A DNA stretch of 64,000 bases from an uncultured cyanobacterium (GCA_963740315.1 CAVUDP010000002.1:1344001-1408000), one strand, 5' to 3'; numbered from the stretch's first letter, positions 44,474 to 56,079 are shown. Numbers and translations are program-made. Notes: generated by a model not told the origin, from the letters alone.

Positions 44474-45301
44474 ATGCAAGCAAATTACGATTTTCAAGCA
44501 TCAAGAGAATGGTGGTCGCAACGGTGGTTAGAGTTATTAGATTCTTACCGTTTTAAAAAGCGTTTGGAACGTGCGAGAAATTATGCACGTCAAGGAAATA
44601 TTCTCAGCATTAAATTTGAAAATGCCAAAGTAAAGGCTGATGTACAAGGAAGCGAACCGGAACCTTACAAAGTCTCTCTTTCTCTTGACTCTTTTAGCGA
44701 TGAAGAATGGGGTTATGTAGTTGAAACTATGTCCCAAAAAGCAATATTCGCTGCCAAATTATTAGCGGGAGAAATGCCGCAAAATATCGAAGAAGTATTT
44801 ACCGCAAATGGCTTGTCTCTATTTCCTTTTACCTTATCCGAAGTTCATAGTAAATGCTCTTGTCCCGATAAAGCTAACCCCTGCAAACATATCGGTGCTA
44901 TTTACTATCAATTAGCCGACCGTTTTAGTGAAGATCCATTTGTATTATTTCAATTAAGGGGACGTACTAAAGAAACAATTCTTAACGATTTACGAAAATT
45001 ACGCAGTGCTAATGTTGCAGTTGCAGAAACTTCGGATACTGAAGAGTTAATTAATAACAAACAAAATTCTCTACAACTAGATAACTTCTGGGAATACAAT
45101 CAACCATTAGAATCTTCTTTAGTAGTAATTGCACCATCAACTGGCGAAACTGTTTTAGATGTATTAGGTTCTATACCTTTAGCAAAAGAAGATGAGAATA
45201 TTGCAAATACTAATTCTACAGATATTGTCATGAAATATCTCAATTTAGTATATAAAGATGCTAGTCATAAGGCGTTTTTAGCCGCGATGAATGTGGGGTG
45301 A
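44474..45301 (+). CDS. SWIM zinc-finger protein (SNF2 partner)
   Basis: CSCPD...CKH SWIM motif; RLERARNYAR. Confidence 0.9.
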   Translation: MQANYDFQASREWWSQRWLELLDSYRFKKRLERARNYARQGNILSIKFENAKVKADVQGSEPEPYKVSLSLDSFSDEEWGYVVETMSQKAIFAAKLLAGEMPQNIEEVFTANGLSLFPFTLSEVHSKCSCPDKANPCKHIGAIYYQLADRFSEDPFVLFQLRGRTKETILNDLRKLRSANVAVAETSDTEELINNKQNSLQLDNFWEYNQPLESSLVVIAPSTGETVLDVLGSIPLAKEDENIANTNSTDIVMKYLNLVYKDASHKAFLAAMNVG

Positions 45302-45879
45302 ATCAGTTAGCAGTTAGCAGTTAGCAGTTAGCAGTTACCTGTTACCTGTTGTTTTTTTTATAAAATACAGATGTAAAGATAAGGAAGTGTTTATTTAATA
45401 TGTTTGGGTAATAAAAAATGCGTCCCAGCTTTTGGTGCATATCATTAAAATTAATAAATACAATAAATACAATAAATACAAGCCTAAATTAATAAAAAGC
45501 TTTGCTTTGTGTCAGTTTGAGGCTATATATCTTATATTTTAATAACTAAATCTAATTTCTCACCTTGAAATTAATTTTAAGAAATTAAAAACAAAGTAGG
45601 TTAAAACACACCATAACTATGTCCGTTATGCCATAATCAAACCTTAATTGGGTTCCGAGAAATTTATTAAAAATGGTACAAGTTGTCAGTATTGATACTA
45701 GAAATACTCTAAAATTATTAGAAATAATAATTACTTTTTTGTTGTCAACTGTATTTATACGTAAAATGCAGGATGTAAAATCGCGTTTAAATAATTATTC
45801 TTAACTGACAACCGATCGCTGCTCGTTGCTCACTGGTCACTGATATTCTATTACGGCAAGGTCATACAGTTAAATAAGA

Positions 45880-46179
45880 ATGGAACTTCAAAGCAAAATT
45901 ATTACTGTTGAGTTGAGTGATGGCACTAGTATAAGAGTTGAAGCGACTCTTATTGGGGATCGCAAACTAACTTTTCAAACCCGACCATTTACTGAAGTAA
46001 TTGGCGCTGTAGAATCTTTGGCAAAGGAAATTGCGGAAACAGTACAAAAGATAAAGCCAGATAAAGCTTCTGTCAGATTTGGGATAGACGTTGGCATTGA
46101 ATCTGGTAAACTCACACCTTTGCTTGTTAAAGATGCTTCCACGGGTAATATCGAAATTACTTTGGAATGGAGTAATTAG
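45880..46179 (+). CDS. CU044_2847/Trypco1-like small protein
   Basis: 99 aa with P.KASVRFGI..GIESGKL...LV.....NIEITLEW signature. Confidence 0.7.
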   Translation: MELQSKIITVELSDGTSIRVEATLIGDRKLTFQTRPFTEVIGAVESLAKEIAETVQKIKPDKASVRFGIDVGIESGKLTPLLVKDASTGNIEITLEWSN

Positions 46180-46311
46180 ATATTAATAGAAAATTATCTA
46201 AATTGGTGGTTTAGTAATGCGATCGCCAATAATTTATTTTACTAGAATATACGTTTTAATTTTATTTGGAGAATTTTTATTCAAGATTTCTCTAATCCAA
46301 ATTCCTTGCAT

Positions 46312-46340
46312 AAAAAAAACTCCCGCTTTTACACGGGAGC
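46312..46340 (-). terminator. Intrinsic terminator of psbDC
   Basis: Minus strand GCTCCCGTGTAAAAGCGGGAG followed by a T8 tract. Confidence 0.8.
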
Positions 46341-46379
46341 AACTAATTATCAGTAATTAAACATTACAAATTAAAGAAC

Positions 46380-47771
46380 CTAATCTAAATTCGGCATGAA
46401 CATTACTGGTTCGGATTCGCGGTTAATACCTTTTTCAAAACCACCAGCAGCAGCACGAGCGCGTCCTGCATGCCATAAGTGACCGATTAGGAAGAAGAAT
46501 CCTAATACGAAGTGAGATGTCGCCAACCACGCACGAGGAGATACGTAGTTAAAGGAGTTAATTTCGGTAGCAACACCACCCACTGAGTTCAATGAACCTA
46601 AAGGTGCATGGGTCATGTATTCAGCAGCACGACGAGCCTGCCAAGGCTGAATGTCATTCTTAACTTTTTCTAAGTCAAGACCGTTAGGACCGCGTAAAGG
46701 CTCCAACCAAGGACCGCGGAAGTCCCAGAAGCGCATGGTTTCACCACCAAAGATGATTTCACCAGTCGGAGAACGCATCAAGTATTTACCTAAACCTGTA
46801 GGACCTTGAGCGGAACCGACGTTAGCACCCAAGCGTTGGTCGCGAATCAAGAAGGTCAAAGCTTGAGCTTGAGACGCTTCTGAAGCTGTAGGACCAAAGA
46901 ATTCGCTAGGGTAAGCGGTGTTATTAAACCAAACGAAGAGGGAAGCGATAAAGCCCATTAAGGACAAGGCACCCAAACTGTAGGAGAGATATGCCTCACC
47001 AGACCAGATGAAAGCACGACGCGCCCAACCGAAAGGCTTGGTAAGAATGTGGAAGATACCACCAGAGATCGTGATGATGGCAACCCAAATGTGACCGCCC
47101 ACAATATCTTCGAGGTTGTTAACGCTGATAATCCAACCTTCGCCACCGAAGGGGGACTTCAGTAAGTAACCGAAGATTACCGCCGGGTTCAACGTTGGAT
47201 TAGTAACGACGCGGACATCACCACCACCGGGTGCCCAGGTATCGTACAAACCACCAAAGAACATTGCTTTAAGCACCAACAATAAGGCACCACATCCCAA
47301 GATTATGAGGTGGAACCCGATGATGGTGGTCATTTTGTTCTTATCTTTCCAGTCATAACCAAAGAAAGAAGAGTATTCTTCTAAGGTTTCTGGACCGCGA
47401 AGTGCGTGATATATACCGCCAAAACCTAATACGGCAGAAGAAATTAGGTGAAGTACACCAACAACAAAGTAGGGGAAGGTGTCAATTATTTCACCACCAG
47501 CACCAACACCCCAACCTTGGGTTGCTAGGTGAGGTAGCAGGATTAAACCCTGCTCGTACATGGGCTTTTCAGGAATGAAGTGAGCAACCTCAAACAAGGT
47601 CATTGCTCCAGCCCAGAAAACGATTAAACCAGCATGAGCTACGTGAGCGCCCAGTAGTTTACCGGAAAGATTTATTAAACGAGCGTTGCCAGACCACCAA
47701 GCAAAGCCTGTGCTTTGTTGGTCGCGTCCGCCCGCTCCCATTACCATCTGTCTATTAGAGAGCGTTACCAC
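46380..47771 (-). CDS. psbC: Photosystem II CP43
   Basis: [23 protein letters not shown] start at 47771 overlaps the psbD end by 17 nt. Confidence 0.99.
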   Translation of the reverse strand: MVTLSNRQMVMGAGGRDQQSTGFAWWSGNARLINLSGKLLGAHVAHAGLIVFWAGAMTLFEVAHFIPEKPMYEQGLILLPHLATQGWGVGAGGEIIDTFPYFVVGVLHLISSAVLGFGGIYHALRGPETLEEYSSFFGYDWKDKNKMTTIIGFHLIILGCGALLLVLKAMFFGGLYDTWAPGGGDVRVVTNPTLNPAVIFGYLLKSPFGGEGWIISVNNLEDIVGGHIWVAIITISGGIFHILTKPFGWARRAFIWSGEAYLSYSLGALSLMGFIASLFVWFNNTAYPSEFFGPTASEASQAQALTFLIRDQRLGANVGSAQGPTGLGKYLMRSPTGEIIFGGETMRFWDFRGPWLEPLRGPNGLDLEKVKNDIQPWQARRAAEYMTHAPLGSLNSVGGVATEINSFNYVSPRAWLATSHFVLGFFFLIGHLWHAGRARAAAGGFEKGINRESEPVMFMPNLD

Positions 47772-48813
47772 GTGGTAGAACCTCCTCTGGGAATACAAAT
47801 TGTTCGTGGGGCTGATCTTGAGGTGCCATCCAAGCACGGATACCCTCGTTCAGCAAAATGTTTTTCGTATAGAATGTTTCAAATTCTGGGTCTTCTGCGG
47901 CTCTCAATTCTTGAGATACGAAGTCATAAGCACGTAGGTTTAGCGCTAAACCAACTACACCTACCGCGCTCATCCATAACCCGGTTACTGGTACAAACAA
48001 CATGAAGAAGTGTAACCAGCGTTTGTTGGAGAATGCAATACCGAAAATCTGTGACCAGAAACGGTTTGCTGTCACCATTGAATAAGTTTCTTCTGCTTGG
48101 GTAGGTTCAAATGCACGGAAGGTGTTAGAACCGTCGCCGTCTTCAAACAAGGTGTTTTCTACGGTTGCACCGTGAATTGCACACAACAGCGCACCACCCA
48201 ATACACCTGCTACTCCCATCATGTGGAAGGGATTCAAAGTCCAGTTATGGAAACCTTGGAAGAATAGCAAGAAACGGAAGATTGCTGCTACACCAAAACT
48301 AGGAGCGAAGAACCAAGAAGACTGACCCAAGGGGTACATCAAGAATACAGCAACGAATACCGCAATTGGTGCAGAAAATGCGATCGCGTTATAAGGGCGA
48401 ATTCCTACCAAACGGGAAATCTCGAACTGTCGCAACATAAAGCCAATCAAACCGAAGGCTCCGTGTAATGCGACAAAAGGCCATAAGCCACCCAACTGAC
48501 ACCAACGGGTGAAGTTGCCTTGAGCTTCTGGACCCCACAACAGCAACAGGGAATGTCCCATGCTATCTGCGGGTGTGGATACTGCCACGGTCAAAAAGTT
48601 ACAGCCTTCCAAATAAGAAGATGCTAAACCGTGAGTATACCAAGAGGAAACAAAAGTTGTTCCTGTAAGCCATCCACCTAGAGCCATGTAGGCACAAGGG
48701 AACAGCAATATACCCGACCAACCGATAAATACGAATCTATCTCGTTTTAACCAGTCATCGAGTACGTCAAACCAGCCTCTACTACTAGGGGCGCGTCCAA
48801 CTGCAATGGTCAT
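47755..48813 (-). CDS. psbD: Photosystem II D2
   Basis: MTIAVGR...[10 protein letters not shown], 352 aa. Confidence 0.99.
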   Translation of the reverse strand: MTIAVGRAPSSRGWFDVLDDWLKRDRFVFIGWSGILLFPCAYMALGGWLTGTTFVSSWYTHGLASSYLEGCNFLTVAVSTPADSMGHSLLLLWGPEAQGNFTRWCQLGGLWPFVALHGAFGLIGFMLRQFEISRLVGIRPYNAIAFSAPIAVFVAVFLMYPLGQSSWFFAPSFGVAAIFRFLLFFQGFHNWTLNPFHMMGVAGVLGGALLCAIHGATVENTLFEDGDGSNTFRAFEPTQAEETYSMVTANRFWSQIFGIAFSNKRWLHFFMLFVPVTGLWMSAVGVVGLALNLRAYDFVSQELRAAEDPEFETFYTKNILLNEGIRAWMAPQDQPHEQFVFPEEVLPRGNAL

Positions 48814-49228
48814 TGGGACAAAAATCCTCTTCTAAAATTGCTACGTTTTGTTTAGTACGGAAACAACGTTTTTATCTGGGCACTCTCGACAGTGTTTAAT
48901 ACTATCAATTTTATGAGAAAATACATCAAGTGAGTAACTGTTTCTCAGGATTGTGCCAGACCCTAATCGCAAACTGCATTCACAGCATACGATCGCTTAA
49001 TAATTTTTAACTTATCACATTAGTCCAGCTTTGTGACCAATTTATACTCACTTTTCAGGTATTAAATGCAAACCGACCCCATACAATCAATATCAGAAAT
49101 TTTACAATTTGACACAACTTTTCTCAGAAAACTTAATTTATCAGAAAATCTAAAGAAATTGTGCGGAGTCAGCAAGACGATGGCAGACTTGTAATAGAGA
49201 ATTTCTCACAACCTCCAACATTAGTTCC

Positions 49229-49795
49229 ATGACCGCATCAACAATCACTCAAGCCAGTAACGTCCTTACACAAAAGGTTCTGGGTTCTCGTAGATTTAGT
49301 AATTACTGGTGGGCAACAATCGTTTTTCTTGGAGCTACAGGCTTCTTTTTAGCCGGATTGTCAAGCTATTTTCAGAAAAATTTACTTTTAGTCACCGATG
49401 CAACTCAGTTGATATTCTTTCCCCAAGGTTTAGTTATGGGGTTATACGGTATTGCGGGTTTGCTTCTGTCTATATATCTGTGGCTAGTAATTCTATGGGA
49501 TTTAGGAGGCGGATACAACGAATTTAATCGAGAGACAGGTCAAATAAAAATCTTCCGTTGGGGATTTCCAGGCAAAAATCGGCGAATTGAACTCGATTGC
49601 AATACCCAAGACGTGCAATCAGTGCGAGTCGATATCAAAGAAGGAATCAACCCCCGCCGCGCCCTTTATCTACGGGCAAAAGGTCGCCGAGACATTCCTT
49701 TAACAAGAGTAGGTCAACCCTTAACTTTAAAAGAATTGGAAACTCAAGGCGCTCAGTTGGCGAAATTTTTAGGAGTACCGCTTGAGGGACTTTAG
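49229..49795 (+). CDS. ycf4: Photosystem I assembly protein Ycf4
   Basis: [31 protein letters not shown]. Confidence 0.96.
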   Translation: MTASTITQASNVLTQKVLGSRRFSNYWWATIVFLGATGFFLAGLSSYFQKNLLLVTDATQLIFFPQGLVMGLYGIAGLLLSIYLWLVILWDLGGGYNEFNRETGQIKIFRWGFPGKNRRIELDCNTQDVQSVRVDIKEGINPRRALYLRAKGRRDIPLTRVGQPLTLKELETQGAQLAKFLGVPLEGL

Positions 49796-49798
49796 GAA

Positions 49799-50033
49799 GA
49801 TGGGGAGACAAGGGGATGGGGAGACAAGGGGATGGGGAGACGAGGGGATGGGGAGACAAGGGGATGGGGAGACGAGGGGATGGGGAGACAAGGGGATGGG
49901 GAGACGAGGGGATGGGGAGACAAGGGGATGGGGAGACGAGGGGATGGGGAGACAAGGGGATGGGGAGACGAGGGGATGGGGAGACGAGGGGATGGGGAGA
50001 CAAGGGGATGGGGAGACGAGGGGATGGGGAGAC
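49799..50033. repeat. 16-bp tandem repeat GATGGGGAGAC(A/G)AGGG, about 14-15 copies
   Basis: Directly visible; produces spurious ORFs in several frames. Confidence 0.95.
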
Positions 50034-50096
50034 ATACAGCGAGCAAGATGCTCGCACTACCTAATATTTATTTGATATTTCTTGATTTGGAAGTTC

Positions 50097-50192
50097 CTTA
50101 ACTCCTAACTCCTAACTCCTAACTCCTAACTCCTAACTCCTAACTCCTAACTCCTAACTCCTAACTCCCAACTCCCAACTCCCAACTCCCAA
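50097..50192. repeat. STRR heptamer array (TAACTCC/CAACTCC)
   Basis: About 13 tandem heptamers. Confidence 0.9.
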
Positions 50193-50271
50193 CCTTTAAC
50201 CTTTGACCTAAATCACTGTTGCCTAAATCACCATAGAAGCTAAGATACATGGGTTGAGTTTCGTACTATAA

Positions 50272-51017
50272 ATGCTGTTAAAAGCTCCTAAATATTTTTT
50301 GGTTACGTTTTTGGTTGTCGGTGCTTTGATGTTGAACGGGTGTTCGGGTAAGGAGGTAGGTTCCACTACTTCAGACTCTACAGTAGCCGCAGCAGATAGC
50401 GACACAACCGCACAAGCAACTCTTGCATCTGAAGTAAAAAATGAGGCTGTTCCTGGAATGAACGATTTACCAAGACTTGAAGGCAAAGCAGAAGTAGTGA
50501 TGACGATTAATGGTTCGCCAGTCACTATCGAAGTAGATGGAACGAATGCTCCTATAACTGCTGGTAACTTTGTAGATTTAGTCCAAAAAGAATTCTATGA
50601 TGGCTTAACTTTCCATAGAGTGGAACCCAAATTTGTAGTTCAGGGGGCGATCCTAAAGGTGATGGAACTGGTGGGTATGTTGTTAACGGTAAAGAGCGCA
50701 ATATACCGTTAGAAATTAAGCCAGAAGGTGCAGACGAACCTGTTTACGGTAAAACATTTGGTAAAGCAAATGTTAACAAGTCACCAGTATTGCAACACAA
50801 AGCAGGAGCCATCGCAATGGCACGCTCGCCATTGCCAGACTCTGCTTCCTCTCAATTTTACTTTGCCCTAGCAAACGTAGCTTTCTTAGACGGTGACTAC
50901 GCAGTATTCGGTAAAGTTACTGACGGAATGGATGTCATCAACAAAATTAAACGAGGCGACAAAATCGAAAACGCCAAAGTTACCAAAGGCGCGGAGAATT
51001 TGAAAAACGCCGAGTAA
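50272..51017 (+). pseudogene. Lipoprotein cyclophilin-type PPIase with a 1-nt frameshift
   Basis: [33 protein letters not shown] at 50641 lacks one G of QGGDP, and the shifted frame continues DPKGDGTGG...GAIAMARS...SASSQFY. Confidence 0.85.
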
Positions 51018-51246
51018 TTAGGATGGGGAGAGGGGGAGATGGGGGGATGGGGAGAGGGGGAGACAAGGGGAAGAAGAGAGCAGGGGAGGCTCTTGAGGCT
51101 CTTGAAGCAGGGGAAGAAAAAACTAATTTAATTGCTTCCTCCGCTCCCTCCGCTCCCTCCGCTTCCTCCGCAATATCATCTCCTAACTCCTAATTCCTAA
51201 TCTATTCCCCATGCCCAATCTAAAATCTAAAATCTAAAATCTAAAA

Positions 51247-52476
51247 TTGATTAGGGTTGTAGTTACTGGTATTGGTTTGATTTCTGCTTTGGGTAATAAC
51301 CTGGAAGATAGTTGGCGGCGTTTAATTGGGGGTGAGTCTGGAATTAAACTGTATCAACCGTTTCGGGAATTACAACCGCTTCCTTTAGGTTTGATTGGCG
51401 ATCGCCCAGCAGTGGTAAAAAGTCTTACTCAACAAGCTGTTAATTCTGCTTTGCAAGATGCTTTATTAGTTCCACCTTTGTCCGATTGCGGAATAGTAAT
51501 TGGTTCGAGTCGCAGCTATCAAGCGGAATTAGAAAGGATGGCGAGGTGGATGTATGGAGGGACAAGGGGACAAGGGGACAAGGAGACAAGGGGACAAGGA
51601 GATAAGGATGAAAAACTTTCTACCCCCTCTACCCCCTCTACCCCCTCTACCCCCTCCCCCTCTCTCTTCCTCTCTTCATTACCCAACATGAACGCGATCG
51701 CAGCAGCGCAAATCATTGGTGCAACCGGAACTGTACTTGCGCCGATGGCGGCTTGTGCTACTGGAATTTGGGCGCTTTTTCAAGGTTTTAATTTAATTAA
51801 ATCTGGGCGTTGCGATCGAGTTGTTGCTGGTGCGGTGGAAGCTCCAATTACGCCTTTGACGATAACTGGTTTCGATAAAATGGGCGCTTTAGCAAAAACT
51901 GGTGCTTATCCTTTCGATCTAAATCGGGAAGGTTTGGTTTTAGGGGAAGGTGCGGCTATATTTGTCTTGGAATCGGCAGAATTAGCACGTCGGCGTAAAG
52001 CTAAGATATACGGTGAAATACTTGGTTTTGGGTTAACTTCAGACGCATATCATCCAAATCAACCCCACCCTGAAGGAAAAGGCGCTATTTCTGCTATTAA
52101 AAAATGTTTACATCGCGCCGATCTTTGTGCGTCCGATATTGATTATATTCACGCTCACGGTACGGCTACGCAGATGAATGACCGGGTTGAGAGTCGGGTT
52201 ATACAAAAGATATTTTCAGAAAGCGTGGCGGTTAGTTCAACTAAGGGAAGCACTGGTCATACAGTTGGAGCTTCTGGTGCTTTGGGAGTAGCTTTTTCTT
52301 TGATGAGTTTGCGGCATCAAATCTTACCGCCTTGTGTTGGTTTGACAGAACCTGAATTTGATTTGAATTTAGTTAGAGAAGCGCGTCGAAGTGATGTTGA
52401 AAAAGCAATGTGTTTTAGTTTTGGCTTTGGGGGACAAAATGCGGTTGCAGTTTTAGGTAATGGAAATGACGTTTAA
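51247..52476 (+). CDS. Beta-ketoacyl-ACP synthase (FabF-like) with in-frame STRR insertion
   Basis: AACATG Cys, HAHGT and KGSTGH catalytic residues, FGFGGQN. Confidence 0.88.
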   Translation: MIRVVVTGIGLISALGNNLEDSWRRLIGGESGIKLYQPFRELQPLPLGLIGDRPAVVKSLTQQAVNSALQDALLVPPLSDCGIVIGSSRSYQAELERMARWMYGGTRGQGDKETRGQGDKDEKLSTPSTPSTPSTPSPSLFLSSLPNMNAIAAAQIIGATGTVLAPMAACATGIWALFQGFNLIKSGRCDRVVAGAVEAPITPLTITGFDKMGALAKTGAYPFDLNREGLVLGEGAAIFVLESAELARRRKAKIYGEILGFGLTSDAYHPNQPHPEGKGAISAIKKCLHRADLCASDIDYIHAHGTATQMNDRVESRVIQKIFSESVAVSSTKGSTGHTVGASGALGVAFSLMSLRHQILPPCVGLTEPEFDLNLVREARRSDVEKAMCFSFGFGGQNAVAVLGNGNDV

Positions 52477-52831
52477 CTGATATCTCTCACCAATCTCAAC
52501 AAGCTCCAAGAAACCCAGTTTCTGACACTGGTGCAAGATGTGAAGTTTAAAAGACTAGATCGGGAATCTTGAAAATTTTAAGCAGAAAAAATATAGCTGA
52601 GGGGAGTTTTTGCAAATATTTTTCAATTTAGCCGAATGTAAAAAAAACACTAAAAAGAATGATGGAAATTGTTGCTAAGTATGTTAATAAACTACTTTTA
52701 TAAGTATTTTAATAATCTTAGTTCCAGATAAAAGTAGTTAATTTCTCTTGAGATTCTATCCCAGAGACAGTCGCCAGTATTGTTACTAGTTATCATAATA
52801 AAAGTAGAGAAAACTTAAAGAATATTTACCA

Positions 52832-54266
52832 ATGCAGGTTTCTTCCTCTGGCTGGTCTAAGCTCAAACATTCAATACAAGAAAAAATTCTTTTCGGTAAT
52901 GAACCGACACCAGAGTTGTTCGCAATTCTTACCGTTTATTTTGTTCAAGGTATTTTGCGGCTGTCGCGTTTAGCGGTTAGCTTTTTTCTCAAAGATGAAC
53001 TTGGGCTAAATTCCTGCTGAGGTTTCAGCCTTATTTGGGATTGTGGTTTTACCTTGGATTATTAAGCCTTTATTTGGGTTCTTTTCCGATGGTTTCCCCA
53101 TATTCGGTTATCGACGACGACCTTATTTAATTTTGTCGGGGATACTCGGAACGTTAGCCTGGGTAGCTATGGCAACTGTAGTTCATAGTAGCTGGGCTGC
53201 GACAACTGCCATTTTGTTAAGTTCGCTTTCGGTTGCGGTGAGTGATGTCATAGTAGATTCACTGGTAGTAGAAAGAGCCAGGTCAGAATCGCAGGCGGAA
53301 GCAGGTTCTTTACAATCAATTTGTTGGGGTGCTTCTGCTTTTGGAGGTTTAATCACCGCTTACTTTGGCGGTTTTTTGTTAGAACATTTCACTACACGCA
53401 CTGTATTTTGGATTACCGCTACTTTCCCGTTAATTGTCTGTGGGGTTGCTTGGTTAATTGCGGAATCTCCTGTAGAGAATAATCCCGAAGATGATAAAAA
53501 CAGCAATATCGAGGATGTTAAAGGGCAAATCAAATTACTGCGTCAAGCCGTAACTCAAAAAGTAATTTGGCTACCTGCTGCCTTTCTCTTCATCTGGCTA
53601 GCTACACCGAGTTCGGAATCGGCATTCTTTTACTTCACTACTAACGAGCTACATTTTCAACCAGAATTTTTGGGAAGGGTGCGTTTAGTAACGAGTATTG
53701 CCGCTTTAGTGGGGATTTGGATTTTCCAACGTTTTCTTAAAAGCGTTCCGTTTCGGGTAATTTTTGGTTGGAGTACTGTAATTTCAGCAGTTTTAGGATT
53801 ATCGTCGCTGTTATTAGTAACTCATGCTAACCGGGCTTTAGGAATAGACGATCATTGGTTTAGTTTGGGTGATAGTTTGATTTTGACGGTAATGGGACAA
53901 ATTGCCTATATGCCAGTTTTGGTATTAGCAGCAAGAATTTGTCCGCCGGGAGTAGAAGCGACTTTATTTGCATTGTTAATGTCGGTGACAAATTTAGCGG
54001 GATTAGTTTCCCACGAGTTGGGTGCGGGATTGATGCATTATTTAAGAGTCACTGAAACAAACTTTGATAACTTGTGGCTGTTAGTGACAATTACCAATCT
54101 CAGCACTTTGCTACCGCTACCCTTTATTAATTGGCTTCCTGCTGCCGGGGAGGAAACTCCAAAAGTACCGCAGCCAGCTTCAAAAGACAGCGACGAATCA
54201 GAAATTTTGCCTAATTTAATGTCAGAATTAATTTTGCAACAGCCAGCAGAAGAAGCGGTTGATTAA
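52832..54266 (+). pseudogene. Folate/biopterin (BT1/FBT) MFS transporter with +1 frameshift near 53010
   Basis: VYFVQG..LSRLAVSFFLKDELGL then, one base shifted, PAEVSAL.G...LPWIIKPLFG..SD..P.FGYRRRPY. Confidence 0.85.
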
Positions 54267-54307
54267 TAGTTTAAAGGTCAAAGGTTAAAGGTTAAATAAT
54301 TTATTGA

Positions 54308-54368
54308 TTTGTAGTAAGCACTTTAGTGCTTTTAAAGGATATATAAGAACTAAAGTTCTTACTACGAA
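54308..54368. repeat. REP-like inverted repeat (GTAGTAAG...CTTACTAC)
   Basis: Related copies at 55944-55996 and a half copy at 56036-56060. Confidence 0.7.
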
Positions 54369-54421
54369 CTTATACCTATTAATGTCTACTAAGTTAAATA
54401 ACAATCTAGAATTAATTAGAA

Positions 54422-55939
54422 ATGCAGAATTCTCAAATTGACGAACGAGATTCAATTACAGAAAAATCCTATTCTCGCGAGAATTGGCGGGAAGGATATC
54501 AATCTTTAAAAGAAGAACATGATTATTGGATTGATGATATTGAAGGTGAAATTCCGCCAGAGTTAAACGGTACGCTGTTTAAAAATGGTCCGGGTTTGTT
54601 GGATATTAACGGACAAAATATTCATCATCCTTTTGATGGCGACGGAATGATTAGCCGGATTACTTTTACTAACGGACGCGCTCATTTTCGCAATCGTTTT
54701 GTGCGGACTAAAGCTTATATCGAAGAACAAAAAGCTGGAAAAATTCTTTATCGCGGCGTATTTGGAACTCAAAAACCTGGCGGTTGGTTGGCGAATGCTT
54801 TTGATTTTAATCTGAAAAATATTGCTAATACTAATGTTATTTATTGGGGTGGTAAACTATTAGCATTGTGGGAAGCCGCCGATCCTCATAAACTCGATCC
54901 AAAAACTTTAGAAACTTTGGGTAAAGAACATTTTAATGACGTTTTATCCGAAGGTGAAGCTTTCGCAGCACATCCACGTTTCGATCCTAATTGCGAACAA
55001 GATAATGGCGAACCTTGTTTGGTGAATTTTTCTATCAAACCGGGATTATCTACAACTATTACTATCTTTGAATTAGATACGACAGGTAAAATAGTTCGTA
55101 AAACCGCTCATAGCGTTCCCGGTTTTGCTTTTATCCACGACTTCGCGATTACTCCTAATTACTGCATATTCTTTCAAAATCCCGTTGCTTTTAATCCGAT
55201 TCCTTTTGCTTTAGGAATGCGTGGTGCTGGGGAATGTATTAAGTTTCAGGGAGATCAACCTACTAAGGTTTTGATAATTCCGCGATCCCCCCTAGCCCCC
55301 CTTGAGAAGGGGGGAAGTCAGGAGAAAGTAAAAATTTTGGAAACGCAATCGGGTTTTGTTTTTCACCATACCAATGCTTTTGAAAAAGGTTCGGAAATAG
55401 TTATCGATTCTATTTGCTACGAAAATTTACCAGAAGTTGAACCCGAAAGCGATTTCCGAGATACTGATTTTGAATCTTTAACACCAGGTCAATTATGGCG
55501 GTTTTATCTTAATCTGGAAAATAATACGGTGCGACGAGAATTAATTGAAAGTCGTTGCTGTGAATTTCCTAGCGTGCATCCGGATAAAGTCGGACGCGAA
55601 CATCGTTATTTATACATGGGTGCGGCTCATGCTGTTGAAGGTAATGCACCACTGCAAGCATTTGAAAAAGTTGATGTAGAAACTGGTGAAAAACAAGTTT
55701 GGAGTGCTGCACCTCGTGGTTACGCTAGCGAGCCGAATTTTGTGCCTCGTACTCCTCACGGTGATGAAGATGATGGTTGGCTGTTAGGTTTGGTTTATGA
55801 TTCAACTCACGATCGTTCTGATGTGGTAATTTTAGATGCCAAGGATTTGAACAAAGCACCGATCGCAAGGTTACATCTCAAGCATCATATTCCCTATGGA
55901 TTGCATGGGAATTTTGTTAGTGATGTTTTTGTAGATTAG
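54422..55939 (+). CDS. Carotenoid cleavage dioxygenase (RPE65 family)
   Basis: HPFDGDGM and four His ligands (AHP, FIHDF, FHH, GLHG); EFP and EP motifs. Confidence 0.92.
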   Translation: MQNSQIDERDSITEKSYSRENWREGYQSLKEEHDYWIDDIEGEIPPELNGTLFKNGPGLLDINGQNIHHPFDGDGMISRITFTNGRAHFRNRFVRTKAYIEEQKAGKILYRGVFGTQKPGGWLANAFDFNLKNIANTNVIYWGGKLLALWEAADPHKLDPKTLETLGKEHFNDVLSEGEAFAAHPRFDPNCEQDNGEPCLVNFSIKPGLSTTITIFELDTTGKIVRKTAHSVPGFAFIHDFAITPNYCIFFQNPVAFNPIPFALGMRGAGECIKFQGDQPTKVLIIPRSPLAPLEKGGSQEKVKILETQSGFVFHHTNAFEKGSEIVIDSICYENLPEVEPESDFRDTDFESLTPGQLWRFYLNLENNTVRRELIESRCCEFPSVHPDKVGREHRYLYMGAAHAVEGNAPLQAFEKVDVETGEKQVWSAAPRGYASEPNFVPRTPHGDEDDGWLLGLVYDSTHDRSDVVILDAKDLNKAPIARLHLKHHIPYGLHGNFVSDVFVD

Positions 55940-55943
55940 TAGG

Positions 55944-56060
55944 TTCGTAGTAAGGACTTCAGTCCTTGGATATAGGAATAAAGTCCTTACTACAAATATA
56001 ACTTGAAAAACTATGGTTTATAACCTTAGCGTAAAAGAGCGCTCAAGCGCTTACTACGAA
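55944..56060. repeat. REP-like inverted repeats between carotenoid oxygenase and hemN
   Basis: TTCGTAGTAAGGACTTCAGTCC...GTCCTTACTACAAA, same family as 54308-54368. Confidence 0.7.
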
Positions 56061-56079
56061 CCTTTTATTCGTCTAACTG

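Noticed and set aside
47772..47837. N-terminal extension of psbC in the ORF track
   Set aside because: Lies within psbD; the canonical GTG start is at 47771.
49647..50101. Six overlapping ORFs of 82-136 aa
   Set aside because: Translations of the 16-bp tandem repeat; not real genes.
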